This document shows, piece by piece, positions 1-7,562 of a DNA stretch of 64,000 bases. Position numbers and translations under genes: made by a program. The notes beneath the pieces are model-generated. The model saw only the letters and a program-made list of their open reading frames with translations. It was not told where the DNA came from and ran no database searches. Numbering within the stretch: position 1 is the first letter of the stretch; every line of letters starts with the position of its first letter. Where the stretch lies: positions 8,975 to 72,974 of the forward strand of contig JARKQH010000093.1 in assembly GCA_029974925.1 (NCBI GenBank). Reading direction: 5' to 3'. This DNA is from Verrucomicrobiota bacterium (GTDB taxonomy: Bacteria > Verrucomicrobiota > Verrucomicrobiia > Limisphaerales > UBA8199).

Positions 1-1
1 C

Positions 2-313
2 CCGCGCAGCCGGGCCGAAGTCGAGGCGCAATATGTTCTCTTGTCGGAGACCCTGGCCAACGGCGCCTGCCAACTGGTGTTTCAACCGCGAGCCGCCGGG
101 GCCCGCAAGGTGATCTCGCAAATCCGCCTGGAGTTCAACGCCTCGGACTTGCAGTTGCAGGCCACCGAACTCGCCTTCGCCGATGGATCGAAAATGCGCA
201 ATGACTTTTCCCGCCAGGCGATCAATCCGCCTCTGGATCAGACCCTGTTCGAGCCAGCCATCCCCGCGGACTTCAAGATCGTCACACCCATGAACCGCCC
301 CACCCCCCCATGA
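2..313 (+). CDS. LolA-like lipoprotein-carrier family protein, 5'-truncated by window edge (weak family call)
   Basis: Frame 2 is open from the window edge (PRSRAEVEAQYVLLSETLANGACQLVF...IVTPMNRPTPP*). The sequence and its position next to a FabZ-like dehydratase resemble LolA-like proteins of aryl-polyene-type lipid clusters. Its stop overlaps the next start (ATGA at 310-313). Confidence 0.45.
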   Translation, partial: PRSRAEVEAQYVLLSETLANGACQLVFQPRAAGARKVISQIRLEFNASDLQLQATELAFADGSKMRNDFSRQAINPPLDQTLFEPAIPADFKIVTPMNRPTPP

Positions 314-744
314 ATGACTTGGAAACTCCTTTGCGAAACCTCCCTCACGGCCCCGAGTTCCGCTTCCTGGACCGGCTCACTTCCCTCACGGCCGGAGCCT
401 GCGGCGCCGGGGAATACCGGCTGCGGGGCGACGAACCGTTTCTTCAAGGACATTTCCCCGGGCGGCCGCTGTTTCCAGGCGTATTGCTTATCGAAGCCTG
501 CGCGCAACTGGCCGGGGTGGTGGCGCAGTGCGATCCGGCCATTCCGCCCTTGCCGGACCTGCGGCTCACGGCCGTGCGCGCCGCCAAAATTCTCGGTTCG
601 GCCACTCCGGGCGAAGTGGTTCGCCTCGAGGCGAAAATCCTCGGGCGCCTGGGCAACCTGATTCAGGCGGAAACGCGGGCGTATGCAGGCGAACGACTGC
701 TGCTGGAGGGCCAGCTCACCCTGGGCGGGAACTCGCCCGGCTGA
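310..744 (+). CDS. FabA/FabZ-like 3-hydroxyacyl-ACP dehydratase (hotdog fold)
   Basis: 144 aa with the signature FLQGHFPGRPLFPGVLLIEACAQLAG, the His-containing HFPxxPxxPG motif of the FabZ/FabA family. Translationally coupled to the upstream ORF. Confidence 0.8.
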   Translation: MNDLETPLRNLPHGPEFRFLDRLTSLTAGACGAGEYRLRGDEPFLQGHFPGRPLFPGVLLIEACAQLAGVVAQCDPAIPPLPDLRLTAVRAAKILGSATPGEVVRLEAKILGRLGNLIQAETRAYAGERLLLEGQLTLGGNSPG

Positions 745-2014
745 ACTCGAGGAATCGCCGCCGCCATTCGGCCCGCGGCAGCTTGCCCCGCGCCGAAGCC
801 GCCAACGCCTCGACAAACCACCACTGGCGGGGAATCTGCCACGCCGGCAGCCGCGTGAGCAGAAACTGCCGCAACTCCTCCTGGGACACCTCCCCACGGG
901 GCGCCACGCAAGCCGCCACCACCTCTCCCCGCCCGGGCTCCGGGCTGGGCACGCCAAATACCAGGCATTCGCTGACCCGGGGGTGGGTCATCAGGACCCG
1001 CTCGATGCTCTCCGGCGACACCTTGCGTCCCGCCAAGTTCATCATGTCACCCGCCCGCCCCCGCAGATAGACCCGGCCCTCCCGGATTTCGCCCAGATCA
1101 CTGGTGCGAAAAACGCCCGGCTTGAGGCTCCCTGACTCGGCGGGCCAATACGTCTCGGCAACCGCCGCCCCGCGCACTTCCACGCACCCATCCTCCGCAA
1201 TTTCAACCTCCACCCCCTGCATGGGCGCCCCGACTTCCGCGGCATCCTCTCGCGGTTCCGCGCTGGAATCATAGGCGATTCCCCCCGTTTCGCTGCTGCC
1301 GTAAAAATTGTGAATCTTGAGCCGGCTCGTGGCGAACACCTCCTGTTCCAGAGGCAACGGCAGGGGGGCGCCGGCCGAAATAGCGAGCCGGACATTCGAG
1401 GGGATGGCTCCTGCCGCGTGCCACGTCCGCCACAGCGCCGGCACCGCTGGAAGCGTCAGCCCCTCATAACCGGCTGCCGCAGCACGGAGCGCCTCCGGTA
1501 AAGGCGCGCCGACCAGGATGAGCGGGATGCCGTGCAGCAACAGGGGCAAAACCAGATTCGAGAAACCATAGGAATGCGCCAACGAAATGGCCCCCAGATT
1601 TGGCCAGTCCGGCCGCAGCCCCATGGTCCGGACAATGTTCGCCGCGTCAGCCGCCAGTTGCCCGGGGCGGAAGGCAACCAGCCGGGGAACCCCCGTGGTG
1701 GCGGAGGTAAATTTCAAATGGCAGATGCCGTCGGGCAGCCCTGGCGCAACTGCGGGAGCTTCCTGGCCGGGCTCAAGGGGACACAGGATGCGCCCTTCCC
1801 GCCACGCCCGAATCACCGAAACGATGAACTCCGGTCCCCGCGCCTCGGGGAAAACCGTGGGGTCCGCCCCGCTCCCTTCCGCTTCGCCAAGGGCAGCCAG
1901 TTCGTTAAAAGTCCAGTGCCGGCCGCTCGGCGCGTCCACCAAGGCGGCCTGGGTCCCGAATTGATGCGCAACGCGCAGCCAGATTTCGTAGAGCATTGCC
2001 ACGGATGTGCCCAA
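716..2014 (-). CDS. AMP-dependent synthetase/ligase (adenylate-forming enzyme, short form)
   Basis: 432 aa with the motifs FTSATTGVPRLV, NFYGSSETGGIA and FRTSDLGEI...GRAGDMMNLAGRKVSP. The real start may be M7 (1996). The 3' end overlaps the convergent dehydratase ORF by 29 nt (716-744). Confidence 0.8.
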   Translation of the reverse strand: MGTSVAMLYEIWLRVAHQFGTQAALVDAPSGRHWTFNELAALGEAEGSGADPTVFPEARGPEFIVSVIRAWREGRILCPLEPGQEAPAVAPGLPDGICHLKFTSATTGVPRLVAFRPGQLAADAANIVRTMGLRPDWPNLGAISLAHSYGFSNLVLPLLLHGIPLILVGAPLPEALRAAAAGYEGLTLPAVPALWRTWHAAGAIPSNVRLAISAGAPLPLPLEQEVFATSRLKIHNFYGSSETGGIAYDSSAEPREDAAEVGAPMQGVEVEIAEDGCVEVRGAAVAETYWPAESGSLKPGVFRTSDLGEIREGRVYLRGRAGDMMNLAGRKVSPESIERVLMTHPRVSECLVFGVPSPEPGRGEVVAACVAPRGEVSQEELRQFLLTRLPAWQIPRQWWFVEALAASARGKLPRAEWRRRFLEFSRASSRPG

Positions 2015-2034
2015 CTCCTATCTTGGCCGCCTGA

Positions 2035-2880
2035 TTGAGGGCAAGCCGAATAAAGTCTGGCTTTCTGCCCCGCCTCGTCCGCGATGGGGGGCTGTGGAGC
2101 CTGCTGGCCGCGTTGGCGGTGTTTCTCTCCGGGTGTGCCGCGCCCCGTGCGACGGGCCCTGCCGTTACCGCACCCCGCCCCTTCCAGTTCGAGCGGGACA
2201 CCTTCGCCTTTGCCAACGAACTGGTATGGGAATACTTCTACGACCAGGAGGGTAATTGGACCACGCAAAAACAATCCCCCAAGCCAAGCTGGTCACACCG
2301 CTGCTTCCCCATGACCCTGGCGGCGCGCCAATTCTTCCATGGGGCCCGGTTCGAGGCGAGCCTGCCGCCGACCAACGGCCCCGCCTACCGCCGGCTGCTT
2401 CGTCAAGTGTTGAAAACCAATCCCCGGCATCCGCCGCCCGACGCCGCCCGCGTGGTGATTCCGGGTTACGCCAGCCTCCGCGAGTTCAGCGCGGCACATG
2501 CCCCCCTCCTTCAGGAGGCCTGCGGCGGCGCCTGGCGCTCCTATGTGCAGCGGGGCCATTGGCGGATGGTGTTTCCCTTCAGCCGCTCACACCAGGAACA
2601 AACCGCCCTGAGCCTGCTGAGCCGATTGTCGAACGAGGGACCGCGCATTGTGCATGTGCTGCGTTTTCCCAAACTCACCATCAACCATGCCTTGCTGATT
2701 TATGCCGCTCGGGAAACCCCGGAACGCATCGAGTTCCTCGCTTATGATCCCAACCAGCCCGACGCCCCCGCCCCATTAACCTACGACCGCGCCTGCCGAA
2801 GGTTCCACTTCCCCCCCAACCGCTATTTCCCGGGCGGACGCGTGGACGTTTATGAGGTCTATCATCGGTGGAATTATTGA
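2035..2880 (+). CDS. hypothetical lipoprotein
   Basis: 281 aa with a TTG start. The N-terminus LWSLLAALAVFLSGC is a signal peptide plus lipobox. No family recognised. The start is only 20 nt from the divergent ligase ORF start. Confidence 0.6.
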   Translation: MRASRIKSGFLPRLVRDGGLWSLLAALAVFLSGCAAPRATGPAVTAPRPFQFERDTFAFANELVWEYFYDQEGNWTTQKQSPKPSWSHRCFPMTLAARQFFHGARFEASLPPTNGPAYRRLLRQVLKTNPRHPPPDAARVVIPGYASLREFSAAHAPLLQEACGGAWRSYVQRGHWRMVFPFSRSHQEQTALSLLSRLSNEGPRIVHVLRFPKLTINHALLIYAARETPERIEFLAYDPNQPDAPAPLTYDRACRRFHFPPNRYFPGGRVDVYEVYHRWNY

Positions 2881-2888
2881 AGCGCCCT

Positions 2889-3275
2889 TCACAGCGGCTC
2901 GCGGCCCGCGTAACCCGCGTCGAGGTCATGCCAGAACCGAATGTCGTCTTCGTTCTTCTCCCAGCACAGGAAGACTTCGCGGCCGTTCAAGATTGCGGGA
3001 AAATCAATCAAGCCGCGGTCCAGGTCCTTGAGCTGGATTTCCCGCCGGTGAAATTCCAGCAGCACCTCGCGGAGTTCCACCAGCGTCCGGGCCCAGAGGT
3101 TGACCAGCCCGCCCCCGAGGTCAAGCCCCGGCTGCATCCGCTGCTCCAAGGCCGACTCGAGGCGGTTGAAACCATCCCGCAGCTCGATGAGCTGTTCCAG
3201 CCAGGCCCGCACCTGGGGCAGCAAGGCCCGCGCTTCCTCGAGCGTGTAATGCTTCTCGAAACGGCGGGGAGTCAC
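2889..3275 (-). CDS. DUF2203 family protein
   Basis: 128 aa with a helical N-half and the C-terminal motif REVFLCWEKNEDDIRFWHDLDAGYAGR, which I remember as typical of DUF2203. Its start overlaps the stop of the upstream TPR gene by 4 nt. Confidence 0.6.
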   Translation of the reverse strand: MTPRRFEKHYTLEEARALLPQVRAWLEQLIELRDGFNRLESALEQRMQPGLDLGGGLVNLWARTLVELREVLLEFHRREIQLKDLDRGLIDFPAILNGREVFLCWEKNEDDIRFWHDLDAGYAGREPL

Positions 3276-4984
3276 GGCGCCGTCTCGCTTCCTTCCTGAG
3301 CGGGGGAGTGGCTCTCGAGCTTCTTGCGAATCACCTCGCTGGGTTCGACCTCGAGCGCCTTGCGCCAGGCTTCACGCGCCTGGTCCATCCGCCCCAAGGC
3401 GGCCTGGATGTCTCCCAGATGATCGTAAACGGTGGCGTCCGGCTTTTCCAGATGCTCCACCGCCTTGAGAATCTGATCCAGCGCCGCGGCGGGCTCGTTG
3501 AGCTTGAACAAGACCCAGGCCAGGCTGTCCAGGTAGGCCGCGTTGTTGGGCTCGGTTTTGACCGCCTGCTCGAGCAATTCCCGGGCCCGGACGAGATTGG
3601 TGCCGCGCTCGGCCCACATGTAGCCCAGGTAGTTTTGGGCCTCGGCATAATCGGGTTTGAGGCTCAGGCATTTCTCGAAATATTTCTCCGCCATCTGATA
3701 GTCGCCCTTCCGTTCATGGGCGGCCCCCACCTGCAGGTAGAACACATGGTTGAGCCGCCTGGGGTCTGTCGCATTGGCGATCACTTCCGCGGCGGCGTAA
3801 TGCTGCAGGGCCTGTCCGTAGGCTTTCTGCTGCGCGCAGGCCAGACCGCTCAGCAGTTCGAGGAGGAAATTGGGGGCGAACCGCGCCCGGGCCTGGGCCA
3901 GCGTGGCCAGGGCGCCGGCGGCCTGGTCGGCGCCAAGCTGGGCGGAAGCCCATTCATAATAGGCCGGCTCGAAATCCGGTCGCAGCAGGACGGTTTTCCT
4001 GAAATAGTCAGCCGCTTTCTTCGCCTGACGGGCTTCCTGCGCCAGGGTGCCCAGCAGGAAGTAAGCCTGGGCGTTGGTGGGATCTTCCCGCACCAGCGCT
4101 TCCAGTTGCTCCAGTGCGCGCTCGTGGTCGCTCCCACGCAGGTAGATCTCCGCCAGCTTCGCGTGCACGTGCTCCCGCACCAGCGGCACATCCGGCAGCC
4201 GCTGCAAAACTTCAAGATAGAGCTGCGCCGCCCGTTCCGTCTCTCCCAGGAAGCTGTACCCGTCGGCCATCTTCAACTGCAGCGCCGGGGCCAGCCCGGG
4301 AAGCGCTTCCGCGCGCTTGAGCAAGCTCACCGCCAGGCCGGTGACGTTTGTCCGCCGGGTCGGAGCCTGAAGGGCGAAATTAAAGCACAGTTCCGTCAGC
4401 CCCACCAGGAACTCCGCGTCCACCTCCTTTTGCCGCGCCGCCTCCTCGAGCGTTTGAACCGCCGCGTCCAATTGTTTGGTTTGAAGCTGGACCAGAAACA
4501 GCACCTGGTAACCGCTCAACGTGGTGGGGGACTGGCGAATGGCGGCCTGACTGGCCCGCCGGGCCTCCTCCTGTTGACCGAGTTGCGAGTGCAACATGCC
4601 AAGTTGCGCGAGCAACTCGGCCGAAGCGTCGGGGTGGCTGGCGGCGCGCTGCAACAACTCGAGCGCTTTTTCCGGCTTTTTGTTTTGCAAAAAGCGCTGG
4701 CTGACTCCCAAAACCAGGTTCTCATTGGCCGGGTCAAGGGCCGCGGCTTTCCAGTATTCCTCCAGCGCGGCGTCCCAGTCGCCATTCATTTCGTGAATGA
4801 CGCCGGCTCCGTAGTGGGCCTGGGCCGCGACGGATGCGTCGGGCGTGAAAGACGATCTGCCCCCGCGCTTGAGTGCGGCAGGCGCATTGCCCCCGCGCTC
4901 CGTCCTTGAAGCCGATGCACACCCCCCCGCCATGGCCAGGGTCAAAGCCACACCACATCCCAAGGCCAATGCACGAATCCACAT
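3272..4984 (-). CDS. TPR-repeat lipoprotein
   Basis: 570 aa. Signal peptide plus lipobox (LTLAMAGGC) followed by many TPR-like repeats, for example AEAQNYLGYMWAERG and AAYLDSLAWVLFKLN. Confidence 0.8.
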   Translation of the reverse strand: MWIRALALGCGVALTLAMAGGCASASRTERGGNAPAALKRGGRSSFTPDASVAAQAHYGAGVIHEMNGDWDAALEEYWKAAALDPANENLVLGVSQRFLQNKKPEKALELLQRAASHPDASAELLAQLGMLHSQLGQQEEARRASQAAIRQSPTTLSGYQVLFLVQLQTKQLDAAVQTLEEAARQKEVDAEFLVGLTELCFNFALQAPTRRTNVTGLAVSLLKRAEALPGLAPALQLKMADGYSFLGETERAAQLYLEVLQRLPDVPLVREHVHAKLAEIYLRGSDHERALEQLEALVREDPTNAQAYFLLGTLAQEARQAKKAADYFRKTVLLRPDFEPAYYEWASAQLGADQAAGALATLAQARARFAPNFLLELLSGLACAQQKAYGQALQHYAAAEVIANATDPRRLNHVFYLQVGAAHERKGDYQMAEKYFEKCLSLKPDYAEAQNYLGYMWAERGTNLVRARELLEQAVKTEPNNAAYLDSLAWVLFKLNEPAAALDQILKAVEHLEKPDATVYDHLGDIQAALGRMDQAREAWRKALEVEPSEVIRKKLESHSPAQEGSETAP

Positions 4985-4986
4985 AT

Positions 4987-5024
4987 TAAAAAACCGTCAT
5001 CCGGCCGCTGCCGGCCGGATGACG
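4987..5024 (-). terminator. rho-independent terminator downstream of the bS22 gene
   Basis: Minus strand reads CGTCATCCGGCCG-GCAG-CGGCCGGATGACG (13-bp perfect stem, 5024->4995) followed by GTTTTTTAAT. It begins 34 nt after the bS22 stop and ends 3 nt before the TPR ATG. Confidence 0.7.
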
Positions 5025-5058
5025 CTCAAAAAGGCGGTAATCCCCCGCGAGCAGGGAA

Positions 5059-5160
5059 CTACTTCTGCCAGGTACGCTTCTTGTGGCGATGCGCGCGCAA
5101 TTTCTTGCGCCGCTTATGCTTGTTAATCTTAGCTTTGCGACGTTTCTTTAATGAACCCAT
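5059..5160 (-). CDS. 30S ribosomal protein bS22 (AURKAIP1/COX24-domain small basic protein)
   Basis: Absent from the ORF track because it is <60 aa. ATG at 5160 to TAG at 5059 encodes 33 aa: MGSLKKRRKAKINKHKRRKKLRAHRHKKRTWQK. It has the same length and MGS.(I/L)KKRRK...KHRK pattern as bS22 of mycobacteria and Bacteroidota, and is followed by a strong terminator. Confidence 0.75.
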   Translation of the reverse strand: MGSLKKRRKAKINKHKRRKKLRAHRHKKRTWQK

Positions 5161-5293
5161 ACTCGTTTGTTGATGCCAAAAACATCGTCAGGTGTTCCCG
5201 GCGATTTTACGCACCATTTGAGCCTGCCGCTGACTTTGGCCAAGCTTCAGCCTGAGGCAGGAAGCCTCTGGCGTCAAGTACCGCCTGCGTCAC

Positions 5294-6436
5294 TTACGCC
5301 GCCTTTGGCTCCGCGTCCGGGCTCTCCATCAGTTCGCGGAGTTTTCTAAACGCATCGTTTTGCAACTGCCGGATTCGCTCGCGAGTCAGGCCAAACTCCT
5401 CTCCCAACTCCTCCAGCGTTTTTTCCGGTCCCCCGTTGAGCCCAAACCGCAGCCGCAGGATCATTTCTTCCCGCTTGGGAAGACGGGGCAGCAGCCGCAT
5501 CATGAGTTCCCGGTCCGAGTTCTGTTCGAAGGCTTCGGACGGGTTGCTCGCCCGCTCGTCCGCCACCAGCTCGCCCAAGCTGCCGTCGGCATCCTCTCCA
5601 ACGGTGGCATCCAGAGAAGCGGGGCGCACGGACGCCTCCCGCAGCCGGCTGATCCGCCGCGGCTTCATGTTCAACTCATCCGCCAGTTCCTCGTCACTCG
5701 GCTCCCGGCCCAACACCTCTCTCAAGCGAACCTCTGCCCGCCCCAACCGGTAAAGTTTGCCTTCGACATGCACGGGCAGCCGAATCGTCCTGCCCTGGTT
5801 GGCCAACGCGCGGCGAATTTGCTGCTTGATCCACCACGAACCGTAGGTGGACAGTTTTCCGCCCTTGGCCGGGTTGAATCGTTCCACCGCCTTCATCAGC
5901 CCGATGGCGCCCTCGCTTATCAGGTCCAGCAAGGGCAGCCCCAAGTGTTCGTAATCACGGGCAATTTTCACCACCAGTCGCAGGTTTGCGCAGATCATTC
6001 GTTCCCGGGCTTCTTCGTCACCGGCGCGAATGCGCCGCGCCAGCGCCACCTCTTCCTGTGGTGTGAGCAGCGGCACGCGCGCAGCCTCTCTCAGAAAGGC
6101 CGCCAGTGTCGAACTGCTGGCGCCTTCACCTCGATCAGCCGGCTCGGCCAGCGGGGCAGACATGGCAAGCGTCAGCGCCTCCAGTGCGCTCAAGCTGCTC
6201 TCGGCGCCGGAATTCAGCTCAACCCTCCCCTGCCCTTTCTCGCCGGTGTTCGGGGTGCGGCTGTTCTTGCGTGCCGTCAAAGCGGCCGGCACCGAGTTCG
6301 ACCTTGCGTTCTTGCCGCACCGCTGCCGATTCCGGCCGCTTTCCTTGGCTGCCAGGCGCCTGGATGAACTGACCAGGTCAATCGGTTGTGCAGCCACGAA
6401 GACTGCCCGCGAAGCGAAGTAGTTGCGATTCATCAT
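5294..6436 (-). CDS. RNA polymerase sigma factor, sigma-70 family (RpoD/RpoS-like, non-ECF)
   Basis: 380 aa with ICANLRLVVKIARDY, DLISEGAIGLMKAVERFNPAKGGKLSTYGSWWIKQQIRRAL (region 2), TIRLPVH (region 3) and KTLEELGEEFGLTRERIRQLQNDAFRKLR (region 4.2 HTH). The N-terminal ~100 aa are low-complexity, so the start is uncertain. Confidence 0.85.
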   Translation of the reverse strand: MMNRNYFASRAVFVAAQPIDLVSSSRRLAAKESGRNRQRCGKNARSNSVPAALTARKNSRTPNTGEKGQGRVELNSGAESSLSALEALTLAMSAPLAEPADRGEGASSSTLAAFLREAARVPLLTPQEEVALARRIRAGDEEARERMICANLRLVVKIARDYEHLGLPLLDLISEGAIGLMKAVERFNPAKGGKLSTYGSWWIKQQIRRALANQGRTIRLPVHVEGKLYRLGRAEVRLREVLGREPSDEELADELNMKPRRISRLREASVRPASLDATVGEDADGSLGELVADERASNPSEAFEQNSDRELMMRLLPRLPKREEMILRLRFGLNGGPEKTLEELGEEFGLTRERIRQLQNDAFRKLRELMESPDAEPKAA

Positions 6437-6592
6437 GTCTATAATATGTCTAATCCTTTATCTGCTGTCAATGGATTGTCGAATATTTTTCTTATTCTGT
6501 ATGCTTTTGCCATTCTGTTGGATGTGCAATTCAGCGACCTTGACATGAAAGATTTTATCAGTTTGTGGTTTGCCTGATGTCTGAAACTTGTC
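6435..6592. promoter_or_regulatory. AT-rich divergent control region with three pairs of TGTC motifs at 11-bp spacing (candidate CarH/MerR-type operators)
   Basis: TGTC occurs at 6436/6447 (both within the exact 7-mer ATGTCTA), at 6466/6477 and at 6578/6589. ATTCTGT is also repeated at 6494 and 6512. The region is far more AT-rich than its flanks. Confidence 0.4.
6443..6471 (-). promoter_or_regulatory. candidate sigma-70-type promoter for the sigma-factor gene
   Basis: Minus strand reads TTGACA (6471->6466), a 17-nt spacer, then CATATT (6448->6443). The predicted TSS is about 7 nt downstream, at the A of the ATG (6436), which would make the mRNA leaderless. Hexamers were read by eye only. 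Confidence 0.3.
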
Positions 6593-6598
6593 TATGTT
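6570..6598 (+). promoter_or_regulatory. candidate promoter for the carH-like gene
   Basis: TTGCCT (6570-6575), a 17-nt spacer, then TATGTT (6593-6598). The spacer contains the TGTC pair at 6578/6589. The predicted TSS is ~6605, next to the alternative ATG at 6606. Weak hexamers. Confidence 0.25.
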
Positions 6599-7550
6599 TA
6601 AACAAATGGCTGAAATCAGACATTCAATCAAAGCAGTCTCACGCAAAACCGGTCTTAGCGCCCATGTCATTCGCGTTTGGGAAAGGCGATACAAAGCGGT
6701 TCAACCTTCTCGAACAGGCACCAACCGTCGCCTTTACTCGGAAGCCGATGTGGAAAGGCTGGGCTTGTTGAAGCAGGCGACGCAGGCGGGTCACAGTATT
6801 GGGACGATTGCGGACCTGCCGGTTGACCGTTTAATGAAGATTGCGGCGGAGGCCGCGGCGGCGTCGTCCAAGGCGCCGCCCGAAGGAGGCCTCGGGAAAG
6901 CCGAGCAGTTTGTCCGGGATTGCCTGACCGCAATAAAAGAAATGAACGGCCGCGCGTTGGATGAGCGCCTTGGGCAGGCCTTGATTCATTTCGGGCAGCA
7001 CGGCCTTTTGGAAAAGGTCATCGGCGTTCTGGCCCAACGGGTGGGCGACCTGTGGCGCGCCGGAGAAATTCTCGCGGCTCATGAACATTTCGCCAGCGCT
7101 GCAATCAGGGGCTTTCTGGGCCGCAACGCGCGTCCCTTCGCGCCCGGGAGCAATCTCCCGACCCTGGTGGTGGGAACTCCCTCGGGCCAACTGCACGAAT
7201 TGGGGGCGGTCATGGTTGCGGCCGGGGCAAACGATTTGGGGTGGCGGGTGGTGTATTTGGGGCCCAGTCTGCCGGCGGGCGAGTTGGCGGCAGCGGCGGC
7301 CCAAAACCAGGCCCGCGCGGTCGCGCTCAGCCTGGTGTACCCCGAGGACGACCCCCATCTTGCGGCCGAGCTCAGAGCCTTGCGTCAATACCTGCCCCCG
7401 GCAACAGCCATCCTCGCGGGAGGACGGGCCGCCCCGGCCTACGAGGCGGCGCTGAATGAAATCGGGGCTTTGCAGCCTCGCACCATGGGTGAATTCTACG
7501 CCTGCCTGGAGAATCTGCGAAAAGCCCGGTCCAAACGGTCCCCCGAATGA
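6588..7550 (+). CDS. carH: MerR-family, cobalamin-binding light-sensing regulator (CarH/LitR type)
   Basis: 320 aa. N-terminal MerR HTH (IKAVSRKTGLSAHVIRVWERRY...RTGTNRRLYSEADVERL). The W-x9-EH motif is exact (W156 RAGEILAAH E166 H167). The B12-binding Rossmann domain has the lower-ligand motif SGQLHELG (His203). An alternative start is at 6606 (MAEIRHS). Confidence 0.85.
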   Translation: MSMFKQMAEIRHSIKAVSRKTGLSAHVIRVWERRYKAVQPSRTGTNRRLYSEADVERLGLLKQATQAGHSIGTIADLPVDRLMKIAAEAAAASSKAPPEGGLGKAEQFVRDCLTAIKEMNGRALDERLGQALIHFGQHGLLEKVIGVLAQRVGDLWRAGEILAAHEHFASAAIRGFLGRNARPFAPGSNLPTLVVGTPSGQLHELGAVMVAAGANDLGWRVVYLGPSLPAGELAAAAAQNQARAVALSLVYPEDDPHLAAELRALRQYLPPATAILAGGRAAPAYEAALNEIGALQPRTMGEFYACLENLRKARSKRSPE

Positions 7551-7562
7551 AAGGGGACCGAT

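Noticed and set aside
6386-6694. Small ORFs crossing the AT-rich sigma/carH intergenic region (63 aa plus strand with hydrophobic IFLILYAFAILL; 78 aa minus strand)
   Set aside because: They overlap the 5' ends of the two well-supported genes and the promoter/operator region. The hydrophobic stretch simply reflects AT-rich codons.
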